A program made the translations under genes and the position numbers. Shown in pieces: positions 28,905 to 37,861 of a stretch of DNA of 64,000 nucleotides. Every line of letters starts with the position of its first letter. The stretch's first letter is position 1. The notes under the pieces were generated by a model. It searched no databases. It was not told where the DNA came from and saw nothing but the letters and a program-made list of their open reading frames with translations. Source of the stretch: an uncultured Pseudomonadota bacterium (GTDB lineage: Bacteria; Oederibacteriota; Muellerivitia; Muellerivitales; Muellerivitaceae); contig CAVYRH010000010.1 of the NCBI GenBank assembly GCA_963770835.1, positions 64,001 to 128,000 of the forward strand. Reading direction: 5' to 3'.

Positions 28905-29663
28905 TTATTGGCGGGTAACCGGGTTTAACATCTTGAAAAAGACCGAGGGCAGGAAGCGGCTCCCGAAGCGCAGCATTTTCGACTGGCCGATGGGCAGCTC
29001 CACCCCGTCCGATTCCAGGGCCGCCATGGTTTGGGCGATAAAGGGTTCCAGCCCCAGCTTGGGGTATTTCACTTCCGCCACCCCGGGCGCCTTGCCCAGG
29101 TCGGTTTCCACGCCCGGCGGGGCCACTTCGATGACCTTGACCGGTGTGCCGCGCAGCTGGTGGCGCAGGGACATGGAAAAGGAATGGATGGCCGCCTTGG
29201 TGGCGCAGTAAATGGGGGAACGGGAGAGGGGCATATAGGCCAGTCCGGAGCTGATGTTGATGAGGGCCGATTCCTTTTGCTTAGAAAGCAGTGGCAGGAA
29301 AACCGCCGTCATGCGGATGAGCCCCTTGAGGTTGATGTCGATCTCCTCGAACAGGTCCCCGCCGAGGGTTTCGGGCCGGGTGAAGTCCCACCACTTCATG
29401 AGCCCCGCGTTGTTCACCAGCACGTCCAGGGTGGGGAATTTTTCGCTGACCACCTGGAAGAGCCTTTGGATGTCCCCGTCCTTGGACACGTCCATGGCGA
29501 AGGCCTCCATTCCCGGGAACTGGGCGGAAAAATCCTTCAAGGTTTGTTCCCGCCGACCGGTGATGATGACCTTGTTGCCCAGCCCGTGAAAGGCCTTCGC
29601 CAAGCCACCGCCGATGCCCGACCCGCCGCCCGTAATCAGAACCGTGTGACCCGTAAGTTTCAT
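28905..29663 (-). CDS. SDR oxidoreductase (DltE-like)
   Basis: TGGGSGIG, NNAG, YCATK. Confidence 0.92.
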   Translation of the reverse strand: MKLTGHTVLITGGGSGIGGGLAKAFHGLGNKVIITGRREQTLKDFSAQFPGMEAFAMDVSKDGDIQRLFQVVSEKFPTLDVLVNNAGLMKWWDFTRPETLGGDLFEEIDINLKGLIRMTAVFLPLLSKQKESALINISSGLAYMPLSRSPIYCATKAAIHSFSMSLRHQLRGTPVKVIEVAPPGVETDLGKAPGVAEVKYPKLGLEPFIAQTMAALESDGVELPIGQSKMLRFGSRFLPSVFFKMLNPVTRQ

Positions 29664-29818
29664 GTGAATCCCTCCCGCTTCATGGAATTTCCTGTTGGAT
29701 GGGAAGGATCATGGGGGGGAACGGCGGGGGAAGTCAATGGAGGGAAAGCAATTCCAGGTAATCCGTTATCCGAAAATTTTGGATAACCGCGAAAGCCGGA
29801 TAGGCTAAGATACCCCCC

Positions 29819-30598
29819 ATGCCCGAACCCCGCACCCACCTTGTCGTCGGCACTCCCTGTTTCGGGGGCCTGGTGACCAGCCTTTACGCCACTTCCCTCA
29901 TGCGGCTGCAGAACGCCTGCCAGCAGAGGGGCGGCATCGACCTGAGCGTCAACCTGCTTTCCGGCGACGCCCTCATCACCCGCGCCCGGCAGAACATCGT
30001 CGGGCATTTCCTGGAACACCCCCTGGCCACCCACCTGATTTTCATCGACGCGGACATCGCCTTCGACCCGGCCCAGGTTTTCCGCCTGCTGGATTTCAAC
30101 GTGGACATGGCCGCGGGGGTCTACCCCACCAAGCGCATCGATTGGGGGAAGGTGGGCCTGATGGCGAAGGCCGGCGTGCCAAACCTGGAGTCCACGGCCC
30201 TGTCCTACGTGGTGGAATTCGAGGACCCGGCCAAGATCGAGGCCAAGAACGGCTTCACGAAGGTGCGCTACGCCGGGACGGGGTTCCTCATGATCAAGCG
30301 GCAAGCCCTGGTGAAGATGATCGAAGCCCATCCCGAACTGCGCTACACCCGGGAAAACCAGGCGGAGGACCCGCTGAAGGGAAGCAAGTGGCGCTCGGCC
30401 CTTTTCAATTGCCTAGTGGATAAGGAGACGGGAGTCTATTTAAGTGAGGACTACAGCTTTTGCCGCCGCTGGAGGGACCTGGGCGGGGAAATCTGGGTGG
30501 ACCTCACCAGCCACCTGGCCCACACGGGAACGATGACCTTTTACGGGAACGCGGCCAGCCAATTCACGAACCCCCCCGAACCACCAAAAACCACTTAA
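29819..30598 (+). CDS. GT-A fold glycosyltransferase-like protein
   Basis: TPCFGG, LITRAR, THLIFIDADI, YLSEDYSFCRRW. Confidence 0.75.
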   Translation: MPEPRTHLVVGTPCFGGLVTSLYATSLMRLQNACQQRGGIDLSVNLLSGDALITRARQNIVGHFLEHPLATHLIFIDADIAFDPAQVFRLLDFNVDMAAGVYPTKRIDWGKVGLMAKAGVPNLESTALSYVVEFEDPAKIEAKNGFTKVRYAGTGFLMIKRQALVKMIEAHPELRYTRENQAEDPLKGSKWRSALFNCLVDKETGVYLSEDYSFCRRWRDLGGEIWVDLTSHLAHTGTMTFYGNAASQFTNPPEPPKTT

Positions 30599-30609
30599 AA
30601 AAACTTTTC

Positions 30610-30776
30610 ACCACAAAGTTCACGGGGTACACAGAGTAAGGCTTAAGACACTTAAAACTACCAATGGGTTTAAAAGTCTTTCTAAATCGAAATTACTTTG
30701 ACTTGGTTCAATCCTGCTTTTTCCGGAGCCTTTTCGTTTCAAAGCTTTACTCTGTGACCTCTGTGTACTCTGTGGT
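30610..30776. repeat. Inverted ACCACA..ACACAGAG repeats around an AT-rich spacer
   Basis: 30610-30639 and 30747-30776 are imperfect reverse complements. Confidence 0.65.
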
Positions 30777-30787
30777 TCCAAAGAGGT

Positions 30788-31777
30788 TTATTCCGTGGTG
30801 ACCATCTTCGCCATGGACTCGCTGTAGCGGTTGCCGGACACCCGGAGCTTTCCCAGGGTCGTCTTAATCTCCGCTAAATCCTTCCCGCTGAGGGCGATCC
30901 CCGCGGCTTGGGCGTTTTCCTCCAGGTGCTTCACCTTCGTGGTGCCAGGGATGGGGACGATGTCCTTCCCCTGGTGAAGCAGCCAGGCCAGGGCGATCTG
31001 GGAGGCCGTGGCCCCCTTGGCGGCGGCCAGTTTTTTCACTTCCTCCACCAGCTTGAGGTTTTCCTGGAAGTTCTCTCCCTGGAAGCGGGGAAGGTTGCGG
31101 CGCATGTCGCCGGGCTCGAAATCCTCGGGCCGCTTCAGCTGCCCGGTCAGGAAGCCCCGGCCCACGGGGCTAAAGGGCACGAAGCCGATGCCCAGTTCCC
31201 GAAGGGTGGGGAGGATCTTTTCCTCCACGTTGGTTTCCCAAAGGGAGTATTCACTCTGGAGCGCGCTGAAGGGATGCGTGGCGTGGGCCTTGCGGATCGT
31301 TTGGGGCCCCACCTCGCTCAAGCCCAGGTATTTTACCTTGCCTTCCTTCACCCATTGGGCCATGGCGCCCACCGTTTCCTCGATGGGGAACTTGGGGTCC
31401 TTGCGGTGCAGGTAGAGCAGGTCGATATGGTCGGTCTCCAGGCGCTTCAGGCAGCCTTCCACGGCACGCCGGACGTTTTCGGGGGAACCGTCCAGGTTGT
31501 CGGGGCCGGACTTCCCCTCTTTCCAAGCGATCTTGGTGGCGACGACCACCTTATCCCTTTTGCCCTTCATGGCCTTGGCCAGCAATTCCTCATTTAAAAA
31601 GGGTCCGTAGGCCTCGGCGGTGTCCCAAAAGTTGATCCCCAGCTCGAGGGAACGGTGCAGGGTCTTGAGGGACTCAGCCTCGTCGGCCTTGGCGCCGTAG
31701 GCGTAACTCATCCCCATGCAGCCCAGTCCCAAGGCGGAGACTTCCAACCCCTGTTTTCCCAATTTCCGTTTTTCCAT
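30788..31777 (-). CDS. Aldo/keto reductase
   Basis: LGLGCMGMS, DTAEAYG, IDLLYLHR, PIPGT. Confidence 0.95.
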   Translation of the reverse strand: MEKRKLGKQGLEVSALGLGCMGMSYAYGAKADEAESLKTLHRSLELGINFWDTAEAYGPFLNEELLAKAMKGKRDKVVVATKIAWKEGKSGPDNLDGSPENVRRAVEGCLKRLETDHIDLLYLHRKDPKFPIEETVGAMAQWVKEGKVKYLGLSEVGPQTIRKAHATHPFSALQSEYSLWETNVEEKILPTLRELGIGFVPFSPVGRGFLTGQLKRPEDFEPGDMRRNLPRFQGENFQENLKLVEEVKKLAAAKGATASQIALAWLLHQGKDIVPIPGTTKVKHLEENAQAAGIALSGKDLAEIKTTLGKLRVSGNRYSESMAKMVTTE

Positions 31778-32000
31778 GGTATACCTCACTTAAATTTTTA
31801 CCGCCAAGACGCCAAGTAAGACTAAAACAAGAGCTTAAATTCTGAATAAACCTATTCTAATCATGGCTATAAAAGGAAAGAAAGGAGGGGAAAACATTTG
31901 AACCAAAAAGGTCCACCCTCTCCCCTTAGGAGTTCCGATAATCTGACTCGGTAAAAAATACGGTGTAAAATACAGTCAATACCGTTTTAAGGGAGGATCT

Positions 32001-32711
32001 ATGGGGCTGATGGATATGTTCGGGAAGAAAAGTCCTTTGGTGGATACGAATGTTTATCTCTCCAATGCCGCGGGCCAGCTGACAGGCATCCCCGGCGTTA
32101 CGCCGGAGGGGGATTTTGCCGCGCGGTTCGTGCCCGTCGAAAAAAAATACCTCCTCAACCGCAACCAAGCGGCCAACCCCAGCGGTTTCCTGGACCTGAA
32201 GGTCAAGCTGGACGCCGCCGGGCGCCAGGCTTTCCTGCAGGCTGTCGAAAGCATGCAAGGCAAGCCGGTTTTCGTGAGCGGGGTGATGGTCAACGACGAT
32301 TCGCAAGGTGGGAAGGCCCAGGTGCAACCCCTGGACATGATCTACTGCCCCTTGGAAGCCGACCAATTCCCGCCCTGGTTCAAGGCCATCCGGGCCAACC
32401 TGAAAGATCCCAACGCGGTACATGTTTACCGCATCGTGGCGGCCACGGACGCCTCCAAGTCCAACAAGCCGCCCCGGGCCGACGAGAGCCGCGCGGCACA
32501 CGCTTCCTTCCCCTATCCTCCCAAGCCCAACCTGCCAAAGATCAAGATCGACTTCGAGGTCCGGGCCAGCCTGAACCTGAAGGCCGACTTCCGGTTGAAC
32601 AACAACCTGATGCGGCAGCGCATCGAGCTGGATTTGGGGATCGAAACGGCTAAGGAAAACGGCCCCGGCGTCTTTGTGGGCGATTTTGTGGCTTATTGGG
32701 CCAGCGAGTGA
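32001..32711 (+). CDS. Hypothetical protein
   Basis: GGAGG RBS; 236 aa. Confidence 0.7.
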   Translation: MGLMDMFGKKSPLVDTNVYLSNAAGQLTGIPGVTPEGDFAARFVPVEKKYLLNRNQAANPSGFLDLKVKLDAAGRQAFLQAVESMQGKPVFVSGVMVNDDSQGGKAQVQPLDMIYCPLEADQFPPWFKAIRANLKDPNAVHVYRIVAATDASKSNKPPRADESRAAHASFPYPPKPNLPKIKIDFEVRASLNLKADFRLNNNLMRQRIELDLGIETAKENGPGVFVGDFVAYWASE

Positions 32712-32979
32712 AATACCAGTTGTACCAACGCCTTTTTCAGTCGTTGGTACTAAGTGCCTGCCCGCAGGCACACCGTCTCGCCGCAAACTCGGATGCCTCA
32801 CGGCAGGTGGTCAGTCCACAGTCGACAGCAAAACCTACAAGAGCGCGCATAAAAAAGCAAAAAATCGAACCAAAAATGGGTGTTTACTGACAGCTGATAG
32901 CCGATAACTGAGAACTGTTTATCAAGTTTTTCCCTTCCGGAGCCGTTAGAATACCCGACTCTTGAAAGGGAAGGGTGTC

Positions 32980-35900
32980 ATGGGCTCGCCGCGTTTCGCT
33001 ATGATCGTTTTCGGGGGGGCCTTGTTCCTGGCCTTTCCCGCCCTTTCCCACGCCCAAGTCACCAGTACCCCCACCAATACGCCTACGCTGACCTTTACCA
33101 AGACCGCCACGGGGACGCCCACCGACAGCCCCACGGCCACCTATTCTTTTACCCCCAACGCCACCCTGACGCCCCCTTGCGGGGGGGCGGCCAGCATCTT
33201 CGGTGTGACCACTGGTACGAGTGCTACGGGTGCTACCAATACCATGCGTGCCAGTATGTTCAGCCTCAATGTTCCCGCCACGGTTTATAGCATTTGGCTG
33301 GAGAGCGCCGCCGGTTACCATGTCATGACGGGTATCTACGGGGGGTCCGTCAGCAATATTGGGGGCGTGACCGTTTCCTCCGCACCCCAGACGACGGTTG
33401 CCGGCTGGAACGGCTTCCCGATCACGCCCACTTACCTTCCTAACGGCACCTATTGGTTGGCTTATTCCGTTAACAGCGTGTCCTATAATTATTGGACTGC
33501 CACTTCCGTCAACCCCAATTACTGGGCCTATACCGACACGGCCTTCACCTTTGGCACCATGCCCAGCGCCATGCCGGGGCCAGTCACCTACGACTCCACC
33601 ACCCCCTATATTTCAGATTCGATTTACGCGGTTTATTGCAACGCCCCCACCAATACCGCCACCCCCAGCAAAACCCCTTCCTCCACCCAGACGCCCACCA
33701 TCCCCCAGACCCCCACCGGTACCTTCACCCCCACCAATACGGGATCCCCCGACACGCCCACGGAGAGCTTTACCCCGACCTCCACGGCCACCCCGACCCC
33801 CAGTTTTACCCCAACCCTAACGCCGACCTTCACCTGTACTGCTACCCCCAACCTCAGCCTGACGCCGGATTGCGGCGCGGCCGCCACCTTCTTCGGGGAC
33901 ATGAACACCACCGGGGGGCCGGTAACCGCGGTTTCCGATTTAGCCTTCCGGGCCTGCCGCTACACGTTGAACGAATCGGGCACGGTCGAAACCATGTCGC
34001 TTTACCTGCCCGCCCAGGACGCGGGTGAGTATTACGTGACGGTGGCCATTTACGCCAATGGCGCCTCAATGGTTGTCGGGAGCTTGTTGACCCAGGCCGT
34101 CACTTACCAAACTTCGGTCGCGGGTTGGAACGCATTTCAGGTGACACCTTACCCCCTCACGGCGGGGGATTATTGGCTGGCCTATATGTATTCGGGCTCC
34201 TCGCCCAGTACCTTCGCTTTGGATTATCAATCATCCCCTCCCCCCGGTGCCCCCACCTCCGGCAACACAGCTTGTAATTATGGCCCACCTCCCGCCGGCT
34301 CTGGATTTACTTTCCCCGCATCGGGATCTTTCATTCCTACCTCTCCTCCGCCGCCCACTCCCGGCGCCTACTACGCCACCAGTTTTTATGAGCCCATCGT
34401 GGCCAATCTTTGCCCGGGATACGTATCGACGAGTACGCCTACCAATTCACCGACCATGACGGCGACCCTCTCGCCGACGCCGACCGCTACCTCGCCCTGC
34501 GGCGCGTCGGCGACTTATTTTGGAAACACCAACACCTCGGGCGCCACCACGGTGCTCCAGCCGGTTGAGATGCGGGCCTGCCGGTACACCATCCCCATCA
34601 ATGGCACGGTTTACGCCATTTCCCTTTACGCGTCGGCTTCCGTTACGGGCCTGGGGGAAGTGGCCCTCTACTCGGACCAGGGCGGCACGATGGGGACGTG
34701 GATCACCGATTCGGGCGATAATCCCCAAACGCTGACACCGGGGTGGAATATCTTTCCGGTGACGGCAACGCCGGTTACGGCGGGGGCCTACTGGCTTACT
34801 TATCTTTATGACTCTCCCGTCAGCTATTCAGTTGTCTACCAGACGACGGGCGGGACCAATACGCTGGCTTATGACACCGCCGTGACCACGGGAGTCTGGC
34901 CCGTGACCGCCTCCAGCTGGCCCATTTCCTACGCCAACAATTTCCAGGAACCCATCATCGCCGACTATTGCCCCGGTTCCATCAATACCCCCACACCCAC
35001 CAATTCACCGACCCTGACACCCACTTTCACCGTTTCCAATACCTCCACCTCCACTTCCACCATTACGAATACGCCTAGCGCTTCCCCCACTGTGACTCCC
35101 ACGGGAACGCCGACCCTCACCACGACTTCCACCGCCACCGCCACGATTACGAATACGCCGACGATTACAGCGACCCTAACTTCATCGCCCACCGCCACGC
35201 CCAGCGGCACCCCGACGCTGACCGGGACATCTACGGCCACCTCAACCATCACCGACACCCCCACCATCACCCCGACCTTCACGGTATCGATGACATCCAC
35301 AGCCTCCCCCACGGCCACGCCCAGCGGTACGCCGACGATGACGGGGACCTTTACGGCTACCGCGACCATCACCAATACTCCCACGGTGACACCAACCTTC
35401 ACGGCCTCGATGACCCCGACAGCCTCCCCCTCCTACACGCCCAGCGGCACCCCGACCCCCACCGTTATTTTCACTTCCATCTCAACGGCAACCTCTACGC
35501 CCAGTGCCACGCCGACCTTAACGGCCTCGACCACCCCTACGGCATCCGCCACTTCCTCACCCACGGCCACAGGCACCCAACCCCCTACTTCCACCGCAAC
35601 TTTAACTCCAAGCCCCACACCTAGCTTTACACCGACTAAAACTCCAACTTTTTCCCCCACGGCCTCGATTACTTCGACCACGACTTTTACCCCACCCCCC
35701 TCACCCACTTTTACCGCTTCCGGGACCCCCACCTTTAGCCCCACCACGACTTGGACTCCTACGCCAGGGGCGGATATCGTGAAGACAGTTTCGGAATCGG
35801 TGGCCAATGTGAATGACGTCCTCACTTACACGATCACCGTCAATGTGACAGGGGGGCCTGTCTCCACCATGGCGGTTACGGACGTGTTACCGGCGGCGTT

Positions 35901-36414
35901 GAGTTTGGTAGGTTTCGGGAGCACGCCTCCGGGTGGGGTGACCGCCTATAATGCTTCCACGAAGACGCTCAGTTGGAGCTTCGCCTCTTTGGCTCCCGCA
36001 ACCTATACGATCACTTTCCAGGCCCAGGTGGCCGGCAATGCCCAGGGCGGGTCGGCCATTGTCAACCAAGCCCAACTGACTTACACCGGCTTGGGGGCCC
36101 CGAAAACCGCCTCCGTCAACGTGGCGGTGGCCCAGGGAGCGCCCGTGCTTTACCCCAACCCGGTAAAGGGCGGCGGACCAGCGGAACTCCAAGTGGTCTT
36201 GAACCAACCGCAGGATTACCTGACCGTCAAAGTTTTCACGACCTCCTTCCGGAAGGTTTACGAGGACAATGTCAAAACCGTTCCGGCGGGGGTTTTCCAA
36301 TACGGCCTGGATACGACCCGATTCGAGGGGGGTGCCGCGGCCAACGGGCTTTATTACGTGGTGGCGACCACGCCTTCCAACCGTTGGATTCTCAAACTCC
36401 TGATCTTAAAATAA
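32980..36414 (+). CDS. Large secreted protein: three Cys-bracketed modules, Thr/Pro stalks, DUF11-like domain, T9SS-like CTD
   Basis: Signal peptide; GWN.F...G.YWL x3; KTVS..A.V.D.LTYTITV..VTDVLP; YPNP...NGLYY...LKLLILK. Confidence 0.85.
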   Translation: MGSPRFAMIVFGGALFLAFPALSHAQVTSTPTNTPTLTFTKTATGTPTDSPTATYSFTPNATLTPPCGGAASIFGVTTGTSATGATNTMRASMFSLNVPATVYSIWLESAAGYHVMTGIYGGSVSNIGGVTVSSAPQTTVAGWNGFPITPTYLPNGTYWLAYSVNSVSYNYWTATSVNPNYWAYTDTAFTFGTMPSAMPGPVTYDSTTPYISDSIYAVYCNAPTNTATPSKTPSSTQTPTIPQTPTGTFTPTNTGSPDTPTESFTPTSTATPTPSFTPTLTPTFTCTATPNLSLTPDCGAAATFFGDMNTTGGPVTAVSDLAFRACRYTLNESGTVETMSLYLPAQDAGEYYVTVAIYANGASMVVGSLLTQAVTYQTSVAGWNAFQVTPYPLTAGDYWLAYMYSGSSPSTFALDYQSSPPPGAPTSGNTACNYGPPPAGSGFTFPASGSFIPTSPPPPTPGAYYATSFYEPIVANLCPGYVSTSTPTNSPTMTATLSPTPTATSPCGASATYFGNTNTSGATTVLQPVEMRACRYTIPINGTVYAISLYASASVTGLGEVALYSDQGGTMGTWITDSGDNPQTLTPGWNIFPVTATPVTAGAYWLTYLYDSPVSYSVVYQTTGGTNTLAYDTAVTTGVWPVTASSWPISYANNFQEPIIADYCPGSINTPTPTNSPTLTPTFTVSNTSTSTSTITNTPSASPTVTPTGTPTLTTTSTATATITNTPTITATLTSSPTATPSGTPTLTGTSTATSTITDTPTITPTFTVSMTSTASPTATPSGTPTMTGTFTATATITNTPTVTPTFTASMTPTASPSYTPSGTPTPTVIFTSISTATSTPSATPTLTASTTPTASATSSPTATGTQPPTSTATLTPSPTPSFTPTKTPTFSPTASITSTTTFTPPPSPTFTASGTPTFSPTTTWTPTPGADIVKTVSESVANVNDVLTYTITVNVTGGPVSTMAVTDVLPAALSLVGFGSTPPGGVTAYNASTKTLSWSFASLAPATYTITFQAQVAGNAQGGSAIVNQAQLTYTGLGAPKTASVNVAVAQGAPVLYPNPVKGGGPAELQVVLNQPQDYLTVKVFTTSFRKVYEDNVKTVPAGVFQYGLDTTRFEGGAAANGLYYVVATTPSNRWILKLLILK

Positions 36415-36468
36415 GTAACCTTTTCGGAAGGGAAGGGGTAATCACGGAAAACGACAGGAGGGTTTCCC

Positions 36469-36936
36469 ATGGAAAAAGCCACGTTTGGAGCCGGATGTTT
36501 TTGGGGAGTGGAGGAAACTTTCCGCCAGTTGAAGGGCGTTGTTTCCACCGCCGTCGGCTATGAGGGCGGCCTCACCAATAATCCCACCTATAAGGACATC
36601 TGTACCGACCGCACGGGCCACGCCGAAGTGGTGCAAGTGGAGTTCGACCCGAAAAAAATTTCCTATGAGCAGTTGTTGGACATCTTTTGGCACAGCCACA
36701 ATCCCACCAGCCTGAACCGGCAGGGGCCGGACATCGGGACACAGTACCGGTCCGTCATTTTTTTCCACGACGCCAAGCAAGAAAAAGCCGCCAAGACCTC
36801 CAAGGAAAAATTACAGAAGACCGGGTACAAAAGCCCCATCGTGACCCAGATCGTCCCCGCAGCGGTTTTCTGGAAGGCGGAGGACTACCACCAGCAATAC
36901 CTCGCCAAACGGGGATTGGGGAGTTGTCACATCTGA
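36469..36936 (+). CDS. msrA: Peptide methionine-S-sulfoxide reductase
   Basis: [25 protein letters not shown]. Confidence 0.97.
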   Translation: MEKATFGAGCFWGVEETFRQLKGVVSTAVGYEGGLTNNPTYKDICTDRTGHAEVVQVEFDPKKISYEQLLDIFWHSHNPTSLNRQGPDIGTQYRSVIFFHDAKQEKAAKTSKEKLQKTGYKSPIVTQIVPAAVFWKAEDYHQQYLAKRGLGSCHI

Positions 36937-37102
36937 GGGCTTCGGGCCGCTTGGCGCCTCGCTCAAAAGCCCTTTAAAACCCCCCCAAAAAAACCGAAAG
37001 AACCGGTGAATCACTGGGGGGGTTTGCGATAAAATCACCCCCATTAAGAAGGCCCCCCACTGGTCGGGCCAAACTGTTAAAAGGACGGTTGAATAAAATC
37101 CA

Positions 37103-37588
37103 ATGAAAATTACGCCTTGGGTCAGCAGTGCCGTGGAAGTGAAGAAGAGTGGAATGGAAGGAAAGGGCGTTTACGCCGTCCGTGGGATCAAAGAAGGGGA
37201 AGTCATCGGTGTGTTCGGCGGGATCGTTATTCCCGAGGATGATGTCGAGAACCTGACCCGCACCATCCCGTCGGAAAAGCTCAACATCGACCACGCCATG
37301 TACATTTACCCGGGTTTCATCATGTTGCACGACTACGAGAATGGCTGCGACCCCCTGTGCTTCGTCAACCACGCCTGCGACCCCAGCGCCAAGGTCGCCA
37401 ACGGAATAGTACTGGTGGCCCAACGCGACATCCCCGCGGGCGAGGAAATCAGCTGGGACTACCGCCAAACCGACAACGTGGGCAATTGGACCTATGAATT
37501 CAAGTGCCAGTGCGGCACGCCCAGCTGCACGGGAATGGTACAAGTGGGGCCCAAATACCGCACCAAAGTGACGGCGGCTTCCAACTAA
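37103..37588 (+). CDS. SET-domain protein with post-SET cysteines
   Basis: GKGVYA, FVNHACDP, GEEISWDY, CQCGTPSC. Confidence 0.9.
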   Translation: MKITPWVSSAVEVKKSGMEGKGVYAVRGIKEGEVIGVFGGIVIPEDDVENLTRTIPSEKLNIDHAMYIYPGFIMLHDYENGCDPLCFVNHACDPSAKVANGIVLVAQRDIPAGEEISWDYRQTDNVGNWTYEFKCQCGTPSCTGMVQVGPKYRTKVTAASN

Positions 37589-37617
37589 TCCATCTGCCGT
37601 TCCGGGAAAGAAAATCC

Positions 37618-37652
37618 AATACCGGCTTCCAATGGGGGCCGGTATTTTTTTT
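37618..37652 (+). terminator. Intrinsic terminator
   Basis: AATACCGGC...GCCGGTATTTTTTTT. Confidence 0.75.
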
Positions 37653-37861
37653 GGGAATTTCAACCGGGGACGTAAACACAGGTAAAAATCTTCGAAAATA
37701 AGCGCCCCTGGAGCCTTTGTGGTAAGTTATCCACAATTCTCCATATCCCGGGGTTATACCCAGGAAAAACTCTTGTTTTAAATAAATAAACCGTTAGAAA
37801 GTAATGAAATACCCTCTTTCAACGCCTCTCCTCGACCCATTTCGTTTGGGACGGAAGATTC

